From positions 1-36,586 of the forward strand of contig JASVEC010000173.1 of the NCBI GenBank assembly GCA_030770535.1: a DNA stretch of 36,586 nucleotides. The letters are read 5' to 3'. Source of the stretch: Batkoa obscura (Eukaryota). Below, piece after piece: positions 14,867-25,868 of the stretch. A program made the translations under genes and the position numbers. The number at the start of each line of letters is the position of its first letter. Position 1 is the stretch's first letter. The notes under the pieces were generated by a model that saw only the letters and a program-made list of their open reading frames with translations, was not told the DNA's origin and ran no database searches.

Positions 14867-14894
14867 CTTGGCAATCCAAACTCTGTATGCCAAG
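14867..14894. promoter_or_regulatory. Paired inverted GCCAAG hexamers upstream of copy B (PacC/Rim101-like consensus)
   Basis: CTTGGC 14867-14872 and GCCAAG 14889-14894. Confidence 0.35.
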
Positions 14895-15271
14895 ATGAAT
14901 AAAAGGATTTCATAGTTTTTTATCATAGAAATTCCCACAAAATTATGATAGGAAGCGGGAAAATAACAGCAAAGGTGTTTATATAAAAAAATTATAAATT
15001 ATAATAAGCTAATGTGAGATAAAGTAAAAATTCACATCAATAGTTGTCATGAAATAAGTTTTATGATTATTATTATATGTCTTATAAATTATGGTATGAA
15101 AGTTTCTTTAATGAAGTCAATTATAAACATTTATAGTTGTTAATTCTTTATGATAAAAGCCGAGAAAAGATATTTGCCAATAAATGAATATTGCGAAAAA
15201 TCAACTTAGATGGACTGATGGTAAAAGCAAGAAATACACTAGAAAATAGTTGCATAAATTCGTTTTTAACG

Positions 15272-15367
15272 TGAAAGTGTTTTTTTGGTTTTATCACTTT
15301 TTTCTTTTTTAAGCAGTATTTGAGTGGAAAGGCTATCAGCAAAATTCTCTAAAAAAGTACACCCTTA
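15272..15367 (+). mobile_element. MITE-like element copy (degenerate)
   Basis: GTGTTTTTTTGGTTTTATCAC...TTTAAGCAGTATTTGAGTGGAAA...AGCAAAATTCT...TACACCC matches the family core. Confidence 0.6.
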
Positions 15368-15911
15368 CATAGTAAAAGTTAAATACCTAATTACCGTCTA
15401 AACTTTCTGCAGCTAATATTATAAATAAATATTTTATAATATTAAGTCATAAAGATTAGTAATATTGGATAAAAATATAAAAATATATTTAGTTTTTTAA
15501 ATAAATATTAAAAACCTAAGTAAAATATACCCCCATATATATAATTATCTTGACTTGAATTATGTTTATATACGTGTTTTTTTAGAACACATTATTTAAG
15601 CTTTTAATATAATATTTTTTATTAAAATTTTTATAAGATATTAAAATCTAGATAATAATAGCTTTAGCTTATGTTTTTATTATCATATTTTTACAACTAT
15701 TAAAAATTCGAAATTAGTAAAAAACAGGTTTAATCATATTGAAAAATGTTTTATACTGTAAAAGTAAGTTTTTTTAATATTATAGAGTTTTTATTTTATA
15801 TTTATCACATTTTAATCATTAAAAAATAAAATTTATTATATTAAATAAATTGTTGATTTTAATAAAATTAAATTTTTATATTTAAGCTAATTATAATCTA
15901 ATAAAAATATA

Positions 15912-16010
15912 TGAGAATGTATTTTTTCGTTTATGAATTTTACTAAGAATTTTTCCACTCAAATAGCGCTTAAAAAATGGAAAAGTAATGGAATCAAAAA
16001 AACATCCCCA
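15912..16010 (-). mobile_element. MITE-like element copy
   Basis: TA|TGAGAATGTATTTT...CCACTCAAATAGCGCTTAAAAAATGGAAAAG...AAAAACATCCCCA|TA. Confidence 0.78.
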
Positions 16011-16914
16011 TATTAATTATTTATTATAAATATTAAAATTTTATAAAAAGTCAAAATTTAAAGTTATATTAATTTATTTTTAAAGTTGTATATATTATAA
16101 AAAAGTATATAACTAAAGGTTTCTTATTTTATTTTGTTTTATTCTGCTTATAAAAATTTATATTAAAATGAATTTATTTTTTTAAATTATAAAGTTTTAA
16201 TATTTAATATTATAATAATAATAAAACTATAGCTTAAAATTATAGCAAATAAAATATATTTTGTATATTTATTTGTACTTAATTCTTAAAACATTGAGTT
16301 TTATCTTTAAAAAGTATAGTATTATAAAATTTGACTTTTTTGAAATTAAGCATAAAATGATTTAAAACTAATCAAAGTCTAGCTAAGTTTCAAATTTAAA
16401 TTAAAAAAATAACTTTTAATAATACTCAAAATAAATTCTTTATAAACTGCTTTAAAACAATATTTAAAGGCTATTTTTTAGCCCTTTTATTAGCTAAAAA
16501 CAAAATTATATAGATAATTTTTTAAACTAAAGGCATATACTTTATTAATATAGAGTTTTAAATAGTTACAAAAGTTAGTCTTTGATAACTAGCATTAAAG
16601 AGCAGTTTTTGCTTAACTAATTTGCTATAATTTAAAAAGTTTTACTTTATGTAGCTAAGATAGGTTTAAATAAAAATAGGATAAAATAAGCTACATGCTA
16701 TATAAAACAAATAAAATAAAAAATATTGTTATGGAATTTATATGAAATTTATATGAAATACTGTAAAACTTAGCAACTTTATTAAAAGTACAATCTCAAG
16801 AAACAATTTAACTAGAAAGCCTTAAATTATTGTATTAAAAACTTCATTTTATGTTCCAATTGAGTGGCTGTATATATGGAACATAACAACGATTGTAATT
16901 TGTTATTGTAATTG

Positions 16915-17636
16915 CTAAACATAGATGTTAAAATAAGGAAATAATGTTTCTTTTGCAATTAAGTGGTAGAAATTCTCATAGTAAATCAAAACAAAAAACT
17001 TTGAATTAGTTGTACTATATAAATCTAATTAATTACAAAGCTGATAGAACAATATTTCACATAATATAGCAAAGCATTTAAATATTATTATTTATAATTT
17101 TTAAAATAAAAAATAAAAAATAAAAATAAAAGAATTGTTTTGAGTTACTAAGCTATGAATATTATAAATTTAAATAAAAATGTTGTTTATTTATTATCCC
17201 ATTATACTTTTACTTTTTATAATTCTTTAAAACTATCTGATTAAGCTAAATTTTAAAAATAAGTGGGTGAAAAAACATTTTTATTTTTCTTTACATAAGC
17301 AGTGATTTATAAATTAAACCACTGTTGAAAATTAAGTAAAACTTTTTATAATATTCACTTGTATTTATGATATTTAATAGTTTATTAATAAAGTTAATAA
17401 AATAAATAGTAGTTATTATTTTTTTAAAACTTTAGATTTTTTGTTAAAAGTAGGTTCATAAGTAGTAGGATATCACTTCTTCAGCTCTATGATCAACATA
17501 GAAATCACTCAAGTTGCTATGTTCTCAAGTTCAAACATAATTAATCCCAAGCCGTTTATTTTAATTTACTATGAAAATTTCTACTACGTAATTCCGAAAG
17601 ACGTTATCTCCCTGTTTTGATATGCATACTTGTTAG
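16915..17636. repeat. Degenerate ~100-bp inverted repeat pair (16915-17012 and 17536-17636)
   Basis: GCAATTAAGTGGTAGAAATTCTCATAGTAAATCAAAACAAA versus the reverse complement of the second arm, GGAATTACGTAGTAGAAATTTTCATAGTAAATTAAAATAAA; weaker similarity extends on both sides. Confidence 0.6.
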
Positions 17637-18063
17637 GGTATAAAGTAGATTTTATAACATAACAACCTGCGGCTTTTTAATTAAATTACTTCGTGATATC
17701 ATACCTTTAATAAAGCCATTAAATCTTTCTGATAATATTTTACGCAGATTCCAGAGTAGTATTGTCTATTGTATTTGTCTTACATAGTCTGTAACCTATT
17801 AAGTGCTATTCTTCATAACTCAAGTCTATCTTAGCCGCATAAACTAAGACCTTTCGACTTATAGTGTAGTCAACCCAGCAATAGCTGTTCTTGACTCCAA
17901 TCACTGAGTACCAGACTTCACAGCTTTTTTATTATGTTATATTGCTATATTAAAACTTTGATTAGTTTTTTAATATAGAAACTATTTTTATAAAATTATG
18001 TACTTTGAATTAACTAAATTAAACAAAAGTTTTTGGTAATACATTAAGATTTTTTTATATAAA

Positions 18064-18164
18064 TGGGGATGCATGTCTTTGCTTAATAATTTTACTAACA
18101 ATTTTTCCGCTCAAATAATGCTTAAAAAATGGAAAAAGTTAGGGAACCAAAAAAAACAGCCTCA
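18064..18164 (-). mobile_element. MITE-like element copy
   Basis: TGGGGATGCATG...TTTTACTAACAATTTTTCCGCTCAAATAATGCTTAAAAAATGGAAAA...AAAAAACAGCCTCA. Confidence 0.72.
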
Positions 18165-20107
18165 AGTAATAGTCAAATTTGAATTTTATATAAATAATTC
18201 TAAAGATTTTTATATCTTTTGCTAAAAAGTGTGATAAGCATGTACTAAATTTTAAATAGTATCAGCATTAAAATTACATTGTACAGTATCTTAACCTATT
18301 ATACTTTATTGAGAAAAAGGTCAAACTGATTAAAAGTATTTTTTAACAATTGCTCAAAATTTTATAGCGAAGTTATGACCTTAACTATAATTGTTTTGCT
18401 TACCAAGGTAAGTTAAAAAATCTAAAAATGATGAAGACAAAAAGATACTGGAGGTCTAGTTTTTTGTAAATAGAATCTACAAAAATGTGATATACTCCTT
18501 GAAAAGTTTTAAAATAGTTAGATTAGCAGCTTTTATAAGTCAATTACAAATGCAAGGAAGAGTTTTTAATCATTAAAATTTAAAAAAATTCAACAATATT
18601 ACTAAAATATTAAAATAATAATGAGAAACTGTTCTATTTGATTCAAATAAAATACCATTAACTATTCAGATTTCAGTTTTTTTAAATCGTATTATTTATA
18701 AATTTATAGGAATGCTTTAATAAAAATAAAATATTAAGAGTTGAATTAGACTTTTAGTTAAAATGTTTTTTTAAAATAAACAAACTAAGAAGCTATTTTA
18801 AAAAACTCGTATATACAAAAATAGATATAGTTTTTAAACATACTTTTTATTTTCTTTAGCTTTTTTTTGACTTTCCTTGAACTTTTTGGCCTCCCCTCGT
18901 ATATTGCAATTTTTCAACTTTGTTTTTATTTCAATCATTCAAATCTTTACTACAAATTACTTACTTTTTCTTGAAATAAGTGTTGTGTAAAAATACTGTA
19001 AGCTGTTGCTTACCAGAATCTTTTTAGTAAAAGCTTTAAAGGATGTTTGGGAAGTGTTAAGACAAAATAAAAACATAGCTAATATGATATTTGATAGACT
19101 ATAAGCTTTGGGGTTTAAGGTGACCAAATCCCTATATTATTATAGGAGTGATAGAAAACTTTAGTTGATTAAATTTTTAGAAATTTATATCAAATAAAGT
19201 ATCCACAAGAAGTGACAAAATTAGTTACGCACATTGGTTCTTTTTTTAAAACAGAATTTGATTCAATAAAATCCCCGAATTTCAGATAAAAACCTTACTT
19301 TCAAAATAATTTTTCATTTTAAAATTGATATTGCCCTAATTGTCTTCTAGAAATATGATGCTTATATCACATTAAATATAAGTATAAAATATAGCTAACT
19401 AAGATTAAGTATTTTGCAAATCAAATTCTTAATCAAATATTTTATATTTAAATCTCCATAACATTAAACTGCAAAATTATGAACAAAAAAATTGAAAATG
19501 ACTTGATGAAATAAAACGATCTTTTCAGTGATACTGAAATTATGTACATTATACCCCATCTTTGGATATACCTCGAGGAACTAGATGCTTTCATAAATAA
19601 GCCATAGTAAGAATTTCTTAGGTTATTAATTTACATAGCAAAGAACATTCGATGATACAATAATAATTAAATTACTCTCACTCCGATCAAACTCCAGCCT
19701 TCAATTCTCACTTTAAGCAAAAAATCCCCTTGATTGACTCACTATAAGCTTCATCAATGAAAACAGTATTGTAGTTAAATATTACTCATCAAAAAATTAC
19801 CCATATTAACCCCACATTATATAACTTAAAAAGTAGTTATGGAATATTCTGCATTAAAACTCAACATTAATCAGAATTCTAATTTTCATTTCAATGATAA
19901 ATAATGTAAGTTCAATTAGCACTGGTAAGGTGAGACATGAATGATATTTAAGTGCTAGAATTATCTCTAAAGATATTAAAAAATTCAATTCTTCATTTTA
20001 AATTCCTTAGAAGTACAGTTCAAAAATATATATTGTTTAATTTGATTGACTATATACACCACTTATCTTGATTTACTATTTGTATTATACTATAATTTAT
20101 TCAAAAA

Positions 20108-23100
20108 ATGAAGGAAGAAGCTAAACAAGTTGAGATTCTGGAACATTTACTCCCACTTGAAGATGTATGTAAAAAATTTGAGACCTCCGTTAATCCTTCT
20201 AAGCCAGCTGAAAGCCAAGGTTTATCATTAGAAAAAATTGAAAAGGCTAAAGAGATATACGGTCCAAACACATTAAGTCCAGCTAAAAGAAAGCACCCGA
20301 TTGTTCGCTTTCTCGAATGTTTGTTAAATCTTTTTAATGTGCTCTTAATCCTAGCCGGTTTGATGACATTCATCATCTTTGCTATTGATCCTATCAATAA
20401 TTTTTCTTCTTCTTATGTGGGTGCTATATTAGTTGGAGTATCTATTCTTAATGCAATTATTGAGTTTATTCAATTGCAAAAATCGGCAAATGCTTTAGAA
20501 TCTTTTCTTAATATGATTCCTCAACAATGCCGTGCAGTACGCGGTGGATCATTAATACAAATTCCTGGAGCTGATTTAGTCCCAGGTGATATTGTATTTG
20601 TTCGTATGGGTGATAAAACCCCTGCTGATTTATATCTATTTAATGTTTCCGAAATGAAAGTAGACAACTCTTCACTTACTGGAGAATCAGAACCACAGTC
20701 ACGTACTGTTGATAACGATATGAAAAACCCACTTGAAGCACATAATATTGGTTTTAACGGAACCCTAGTTGTTGCTGGTGAAGGTTATGGTATTGTAATT
20801 AAAACTGGTGATTCTACTGTGTTAGGTCAAATTGCTGGTTTAACAACAAATGAAAAGAAGAACCCTTCCCCACTTTCAGTAGAGATTAGTATTTATGTTA
20901 AGCTAGTTGCCTCAGTAGCTTTTTTGACTGGGCTTATTTTCTTCCTATTAGGACTCACCAGTGGTATGGCTTTAAAAGATTGTTTGACTTTTGGAGTAGG
21001 CGTTTTTTGTGGTTGGGTACCAGAAGGTCTTCCAGCTACTTTAACTATGTTGCTTACTTTTGCTGCTAAGCGTATGGCTAAACAAAACGTTTTGGTAAAG
21101 GACCTCCAAGGTGTTGAAACTTTGGGAGCAATTACTCTCCTTGCCACTGATAAAACAGGAACCCTCACTCGTAACCAAATGACTGTTACCAGCGTGTGGT
21201 CATCTAACAAGCTTTATTCTTCATTGAGAAATTTAGGAAATGCTGACAATCCTGTTCAAATCGCTTCTCCTGGAATGGAAGAAATTTTATTAAACTGTTC
21301 ATTAAATTCCAGAGCTAAATTTGACCGTACTGATATACCGGTTGATAAAAGGGAAATTATTGGTGATGCTACCGAAGCTGGTCTTATTCGATTTGCTGCT
21401 CAAAGCCAAAACGATTTTGATGAGCTCCAAACTAAATGCCCTCGTGTTTTTGACATTCCATTCAATTCGGATAACAAATGGGCAATGACTATTAGTCAAA
21501 TTCCTCATGCTAATGGCGATCTTACCCTTTACTTAAAAGGTGCTCCAGAAAGAGTGTTACGCCTTTGTACAACTATTTTAATGGAAGGGCAAATTATTCC
21601 ACTCAATGAAGAGCATAAAGCGCAGTTCCAAGAAATTTATGAGCTTATGGCTGGTAAAGGACATCGTGTACTTGCATTTGCTCAACTTTTATTACCAAGA
21701 GATCAGTTCCCTAAAGATTTTGTATTCGATAAGAAGCTTAACAATTACCCAACAACTGGTTTAACCTTTGTTGGTCTCACTTCATTAGAGGATCCTCCAA
21801 AGCATGGTGTACGTGAAGCTATTGGTATGTGCAGAACAGCAGGCATTCGCGTAATGATGGTAACTGGTGATCATCCACTCACTGCTGAAGCCATTGGTCG
21901 TAAAATTAATTTGATGCTTTCTGATACTAAACAAATGGTCGCCAAAAAAACCGGACGTACAATCGAATCTATTGGTGAAGATGAATATGATGCTATTGTC
22001 ATACATGGTGAACAAATTGACGCGTTAAATGACCAAGAATGGGACAATATCTTTTCTAAAGATGAAATTATATTTGCTCGTACTTCACCACGTCATAAGC
22101 TTGAAATTGTTAAACGTGCTCAATCTATGGGACATATTGTAGGTGTCACTGGTGATGGTGTTAATGATTCCCCAGCTTTAAAGAAAGCAGATCTTGGTAT
22201 TGCAATGAATGAATCTGGTTCGGATGTGTCTAAAGAAGCCGCTTCAATGATTTTACTTGATGATAATTTTGCCTCGACTATTCGTGGTATCGAAGAAGGT
22301 CGTCTTATCTTTGCAAATCTAAAAAAAAGTATAAGATATACAGTAACTCATACAATGCCAGAGGTTATTCCACAGCTTCTTTATATTGCTGTTCCTATCC
22401 CATTACTCTTGACTTCGCTTCAGATTATTTCTCTTGATCTTGGTTATGAACTTTGCTTAGCTTTATCATTTGCTTGGGATAAACCAGAGACAAAGACAGG
22501 GCTTATGAGGCTTGCACCACGTAAACCAGTAACTAAAGAGTCAGTAGAAAGATTCCGCAGAGTAAAATCGCGTGAGATTAAGCTTGAAAGAGATCCAGAA
22601 ACCGGGGAAGAAATTCAGGTATCAAGTTTCAAAAGGATCGTTCATAGCATTTCAAGGCTATATACATTAACTTATTGGAAAGAGCTATTTGAAAAAACCG
22701 AGAATGAGATTATTGTTGATGTCGAATTAATATCTTGGGCTTTCTTTGAAGCTGGTATAATTGAAGTTACTGGTGCTGCTGTATGCTCTTTCTTTTTACT
22801 AAGTTATCGTGGAATTAATTTTTACGATTCTATTGAATTGCAAAAAACCTTTGCCTTTTCGGATCTACCAGATCGTGATACTATATTTTCAGTAAGTAAC
22901 GGGCAGCAATTCAAACGAAGCGAATTGTTAGAAATATTAGCCCAATTCGAGACTGTGTATACCTTTTCAGTAGTCATTATCCAAGCCTTTAATATGTTCT
23001 GCTGTAAATCTAAAATCACTTATCCATTTGGAAAACATATTTTTACTAACTATCGTAATTTTGTCGGTCTCTTAATTGGTTTTGTATTAATGGGCTTCCT

Positions 23101-23320
23101 TGTTTATTGTCCTGGGGTCAATACAGTATTTAACCTTTCACCAAATGTACCCCTTGTCTTTCTTGTTGGTCCGATTCTCACTGGTTCTGTCCTGTTGCTT
23201 TACTCTAGCTTGAGATTCTTCCTCACTCAACGTTTTAGACCTATCAAGTTTAATCCTACAATCCAAGGTTTGCTAATGCATCCTACTGTACGTACCATAA
23301 TCCCTGATTCTAAACCTTAA
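20108..23320 (+). CDS. P-type ATPase of the Na+/K+(H+/K+)-ATPase-like P2C group, intronless, 1070 aa
   Basis: VDNSSLTGESEP, VPEGL, ETLG..T...DKTGTLTRNQMTV, GDATEAGL, IPFNS.NKW, KGAPERVL..C, MVTGDHPLTAEAI, FARTSP..KL.IV, VTGDGVNDSPALKKADLGIAM, EEGRLIFANLKKSI.Y. Confidence 0.92.
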   Translation: MKEEAKQVEILEHLLPLEDVCKKFETSVNPSKPAESQGLSLEKIEKAKEIYGPNTLSPAKRKHPIVRFLECLLNLFNVLLILAGLMTFIIFAIDPINNFSSSYVGAILVGVSILNAIIEFIQLQKSANALESFLNMIPQQCRAVRGGSLIQIPGADLVPGDIVFVRMGDKTPADLYLFNVSEMKVDNSSLTGESEPQSRTVDNDMKNPLEAHNIGFNGTLVVAGEGYGIVIKTGDSTVLGQIAGLTTNEKKNPSPLSVEISIYVKLVASVAFLTGLIFFLLGLTSGMALKDCLTFGVGVFCGWVPEGLPATLTMLLTFAAKRMAKQNVLVKDLQGVETLGAITLLATDKTGTLTRNQMTVTSVWSSNKLYSSLRNLGNADNPVQIASPGMEEILLNCSLNSRAKFDRTDIPVDKREIIGDATEAGLIRFAAQSQNDFDELQTKCPRVFDIPFNSDNKWAMTISQIPHANGDLTLYLKGAPERVLRLCTTILMEGQIIPLNEEHKAQFQEIYELMAGKGHRVLAFAQLLLPRDQFPKDFVFDKKLNNYPTTGLTFVGLTSLEDPPKHGVREAIGMCRTAGIRVMMVTGDHPLTAEAIGRKINLMLSDTKQMVAKKTGRTIESIGEDEYDAIVIHGEQIDALNDQEWDNIFSKDEIIFARTSPRHKLEIVKRAQSMGHIVGVTGDGVNDSPALKKADLGIAMNESGSDVSKEAASMILLDDNFASTIRGIEEGRLIFANLKKSIRYTVTHTMPEVIPQLLYIAVPIPLLLTSLQIISLDLGYELCLALSFAWDKPETKTGLMRLAPRKPVTKESVERFRRVKSREIKLERDPETGEEIQVSSFKRIVHSISRLYTLTYWKELFEKTENEIIVDVELISWAFFEAGIIEVTGAAVCSFFLLSYRGINFYDSIELQKTFAFSDLPDRDTIFSVSNGQQFKRSELLEILAQFETVYTFSVVIIQAFNMFCCKSKITYPFGKHIFTNYRNFVGLLIGFVLMGFLVYCPGVNTVFNLSPNVPLVFLVGPILTGSVLLLYSSLRFFLTQRFRPIKFNPTIQGLLMHPTVRTIIPDSKP

Positions 23321-23444
23321 CTACCTCCACCAAAGTTTTATATTAATAGTTAATAAAATTAATTGTCTTTTATTTTTTAAACTATATACTTTAATATATA
23401 ATAACGTTTTTTATTTTACTATCCTCCTAATAATTTTTAATTCA

Positions 23445-23916
23445 TGAGGATGTATTTTTATGTTTGAGAATTTTACTAACAGTTTTTCAGCTCAAATAGT
23501 ACTTAAAAATGGAAGTGATGAATCTAAAAAAAACATATGGGAGTGTTTTTTTTGACTTCATTATTTTTTCCATTTTTTAAGCGCTATTTAAGTGGAAAAT
23601 TTGTTAGTAAAATTCTTAAACATAAAAATACATCCCCATATCCTTATATTGGTTGAAAATAGTAAAAGACATTTCAATATACAGAATTCCAGATACTATA
23701 GTAAAAATAGCATATGGGGATGTTTTTTTTGATTTGATTATTTTTCCATTTTTTAAGCGCTATTTGAGTAGAAAGGTTGTTAGTAAATTCTTGAATACGA
23801 AAATACATCCCCATATGGTGATGTTTTTTTGGTTTTGTTACTTTTCCACTTTTTTTAAGCACTGTCTGAGTATAAAGATTGTTAGTAAAATTCTTAAACA
23901 AAAAAATACATCCTCA
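23445..23916. mobile_element. Cluster of four MITE-like copies: 23445-23535 (-), 23538-23638 (+), 23715-23813 (+), 23816-23916 (+)
   Basis: Same terminal repeats and core. Two abutting pairs are each joined by CA-TA-TG (23534-23539 and 23812-23817). Confidence 0.85.
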
Positions 23917-25868
23917 TATTTTAAAGCTAATCACAATGTTTCCATCATTAAATAGTACTGAAGATTCCAAGCTTCCTTAACAAGTAAATAATTCTTACAT
24001 ATAAAGTATACAAAGACGATTAGGAATGAGTATTTTTTCGACATGTTCCTACTTCCTCGTACTCTGATATCTTAATAAAGCCTTGTAATCATTCAAATGA
24101 TTGAATAGAATTCTATTTTATTTTTATATGACATATACTAACACCTTAGATCTCGTTAATATTGATAGTTATCTAAATATAATTTAATAACTCAAAATGA
24201 AGCATTTTTGATTTAAGTTTATAGATAAAGAGAGATATAAAAGTTCAATCGAAATTTTGTTCATTTATTTAATGTATTAGGAATCAACAGTTTGAGATTC
24301 AAAAAAAGTATTAAGAATACAAAAACACTAGATATATCGAATTTGAGCAAAAAATAAAATAATAGAGTATCTTTTGGTATTTTCAATTAAATCTTGAGAG
24401 TTATTTTAAATTAGTACTAAACTAGTTACAGGATTCAATAAAAGAATAAGCACAAACAAAAATGACTATTTTAAAAAATTGTTCGTTTAAAAAATTCTGA
24501 TACTTTAAACTTACTCAGTTGATTTAAATAAATATGAGTATGCGTATGTCATCTATATTTATTTATATAATATACAAATTTAATAAACATTTTCGTAAAA
24601 ATTATGCCTATCAATTTATTTTTATTGATTCAAACTATTATAATAAACTTAGTAAAATTAAAATAGAATGACAATGATTATAGACCAATAAAACTATCTA
24701 TATAATTATTCATAACAATAATTTAGCTTAAAACAATGTAAATAAAGGTTAATTTTTGATAAAAGAACAATATTCAATAATGCGGGATCCCTTAAATCTC
24801 CTTTTTGATGGCTTTATTTTTATATAGAATTCTAAATTTGTTAAATCACATCATCTTGATAACAAAATTCAATAAACTTGACTGATATAATTTTTAGTTG
24901 CAAATATTATTTGAATTATGGACCTCATTATTTTACTAAAATACCATTATGAGAACATTGATTAAATTTATTTATTATTTTATTTATTACATTTATGTTC
25001 AGAAAAATCGCCTATCATTTCTTATAACATACTAGTGACTACAGTTGTCTTTCTGAGAGGAAACTTAAAACACTATATTTGCCATATGTCAACATAGTTG
25101 AATTAGATTTTGTATATTAAGCAGAAGAGTACAACGTATATTAGGAACATGAATTCAAATTCAAGGTTTAGTTTTTTTCAGTTTTGAGATGTGAAAAAAT
25201 TATAAATTAAGGTTAAATGTAGCTAAAGCTATCCTTTTTTAATTTAAGAATTGATTTATAATTTTTATATTTAAACTTAAAATAAGCTGTAAAAAAGCTA
25301 CCTGAAACTGTGGACAAGTTTTTTAACTTATCCATACTTGCATACATACACTTTGTTTTTCAGTCCTATATTTTAACCTCTCACTCTTATTCTCCTAGTC
25401 GGTTTATTGTGATTTAGGAAATAAGACGCTTTGCTTTTTTACCTTTCCAAGATTTACAAAGGACTTGTCAAAGCAATACAATATAAAAATCTAATCACAT
25501 CAGGGATAACCCTTTTATTTCAATCTTTATTGGAAATTTTAGAGTAACTTCTCAATCAATCATCCCTTTTGGGCAAATCCACTATGGCAAGGACATAAAA
25601 TTACTCTAATTGAATTTTTATAAATGAAAGGTATTTAATTCATGGTTTTTCTACCATTTATGCCCAAAGAAAGGAAACTACTTTAAAATTTACCATATAT
25701 TTGCATACAGTATAGTAACAATGAATCAAGGTTTTAGTAACCTTAGATACGGGATTTCTTATAGCGTTCCAAAGTAGTTACCTCAAAAAATGGTATAAAT
25801 ATCTAAAGTAAGATAAAGATAAAATCAAAGCTTAATAAAGTTTTTGTTACCTATATATTCAGACTAAA

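Noticed and set aside
20101..23019. Antisense ORFs inside the ATPase (20101-20397, 20893-21210, 21302-21508, 21785-22015, 22822-23019)
   Set aside because: Shadow frames of a long real CDS.
23653..23955. ORFs 23653-23955 (+) and 23674-23901 (-), also 15148-15342 (-)
   Set aside because: They read through MITE copies, start at non-ATG codons and show no protein motifs.
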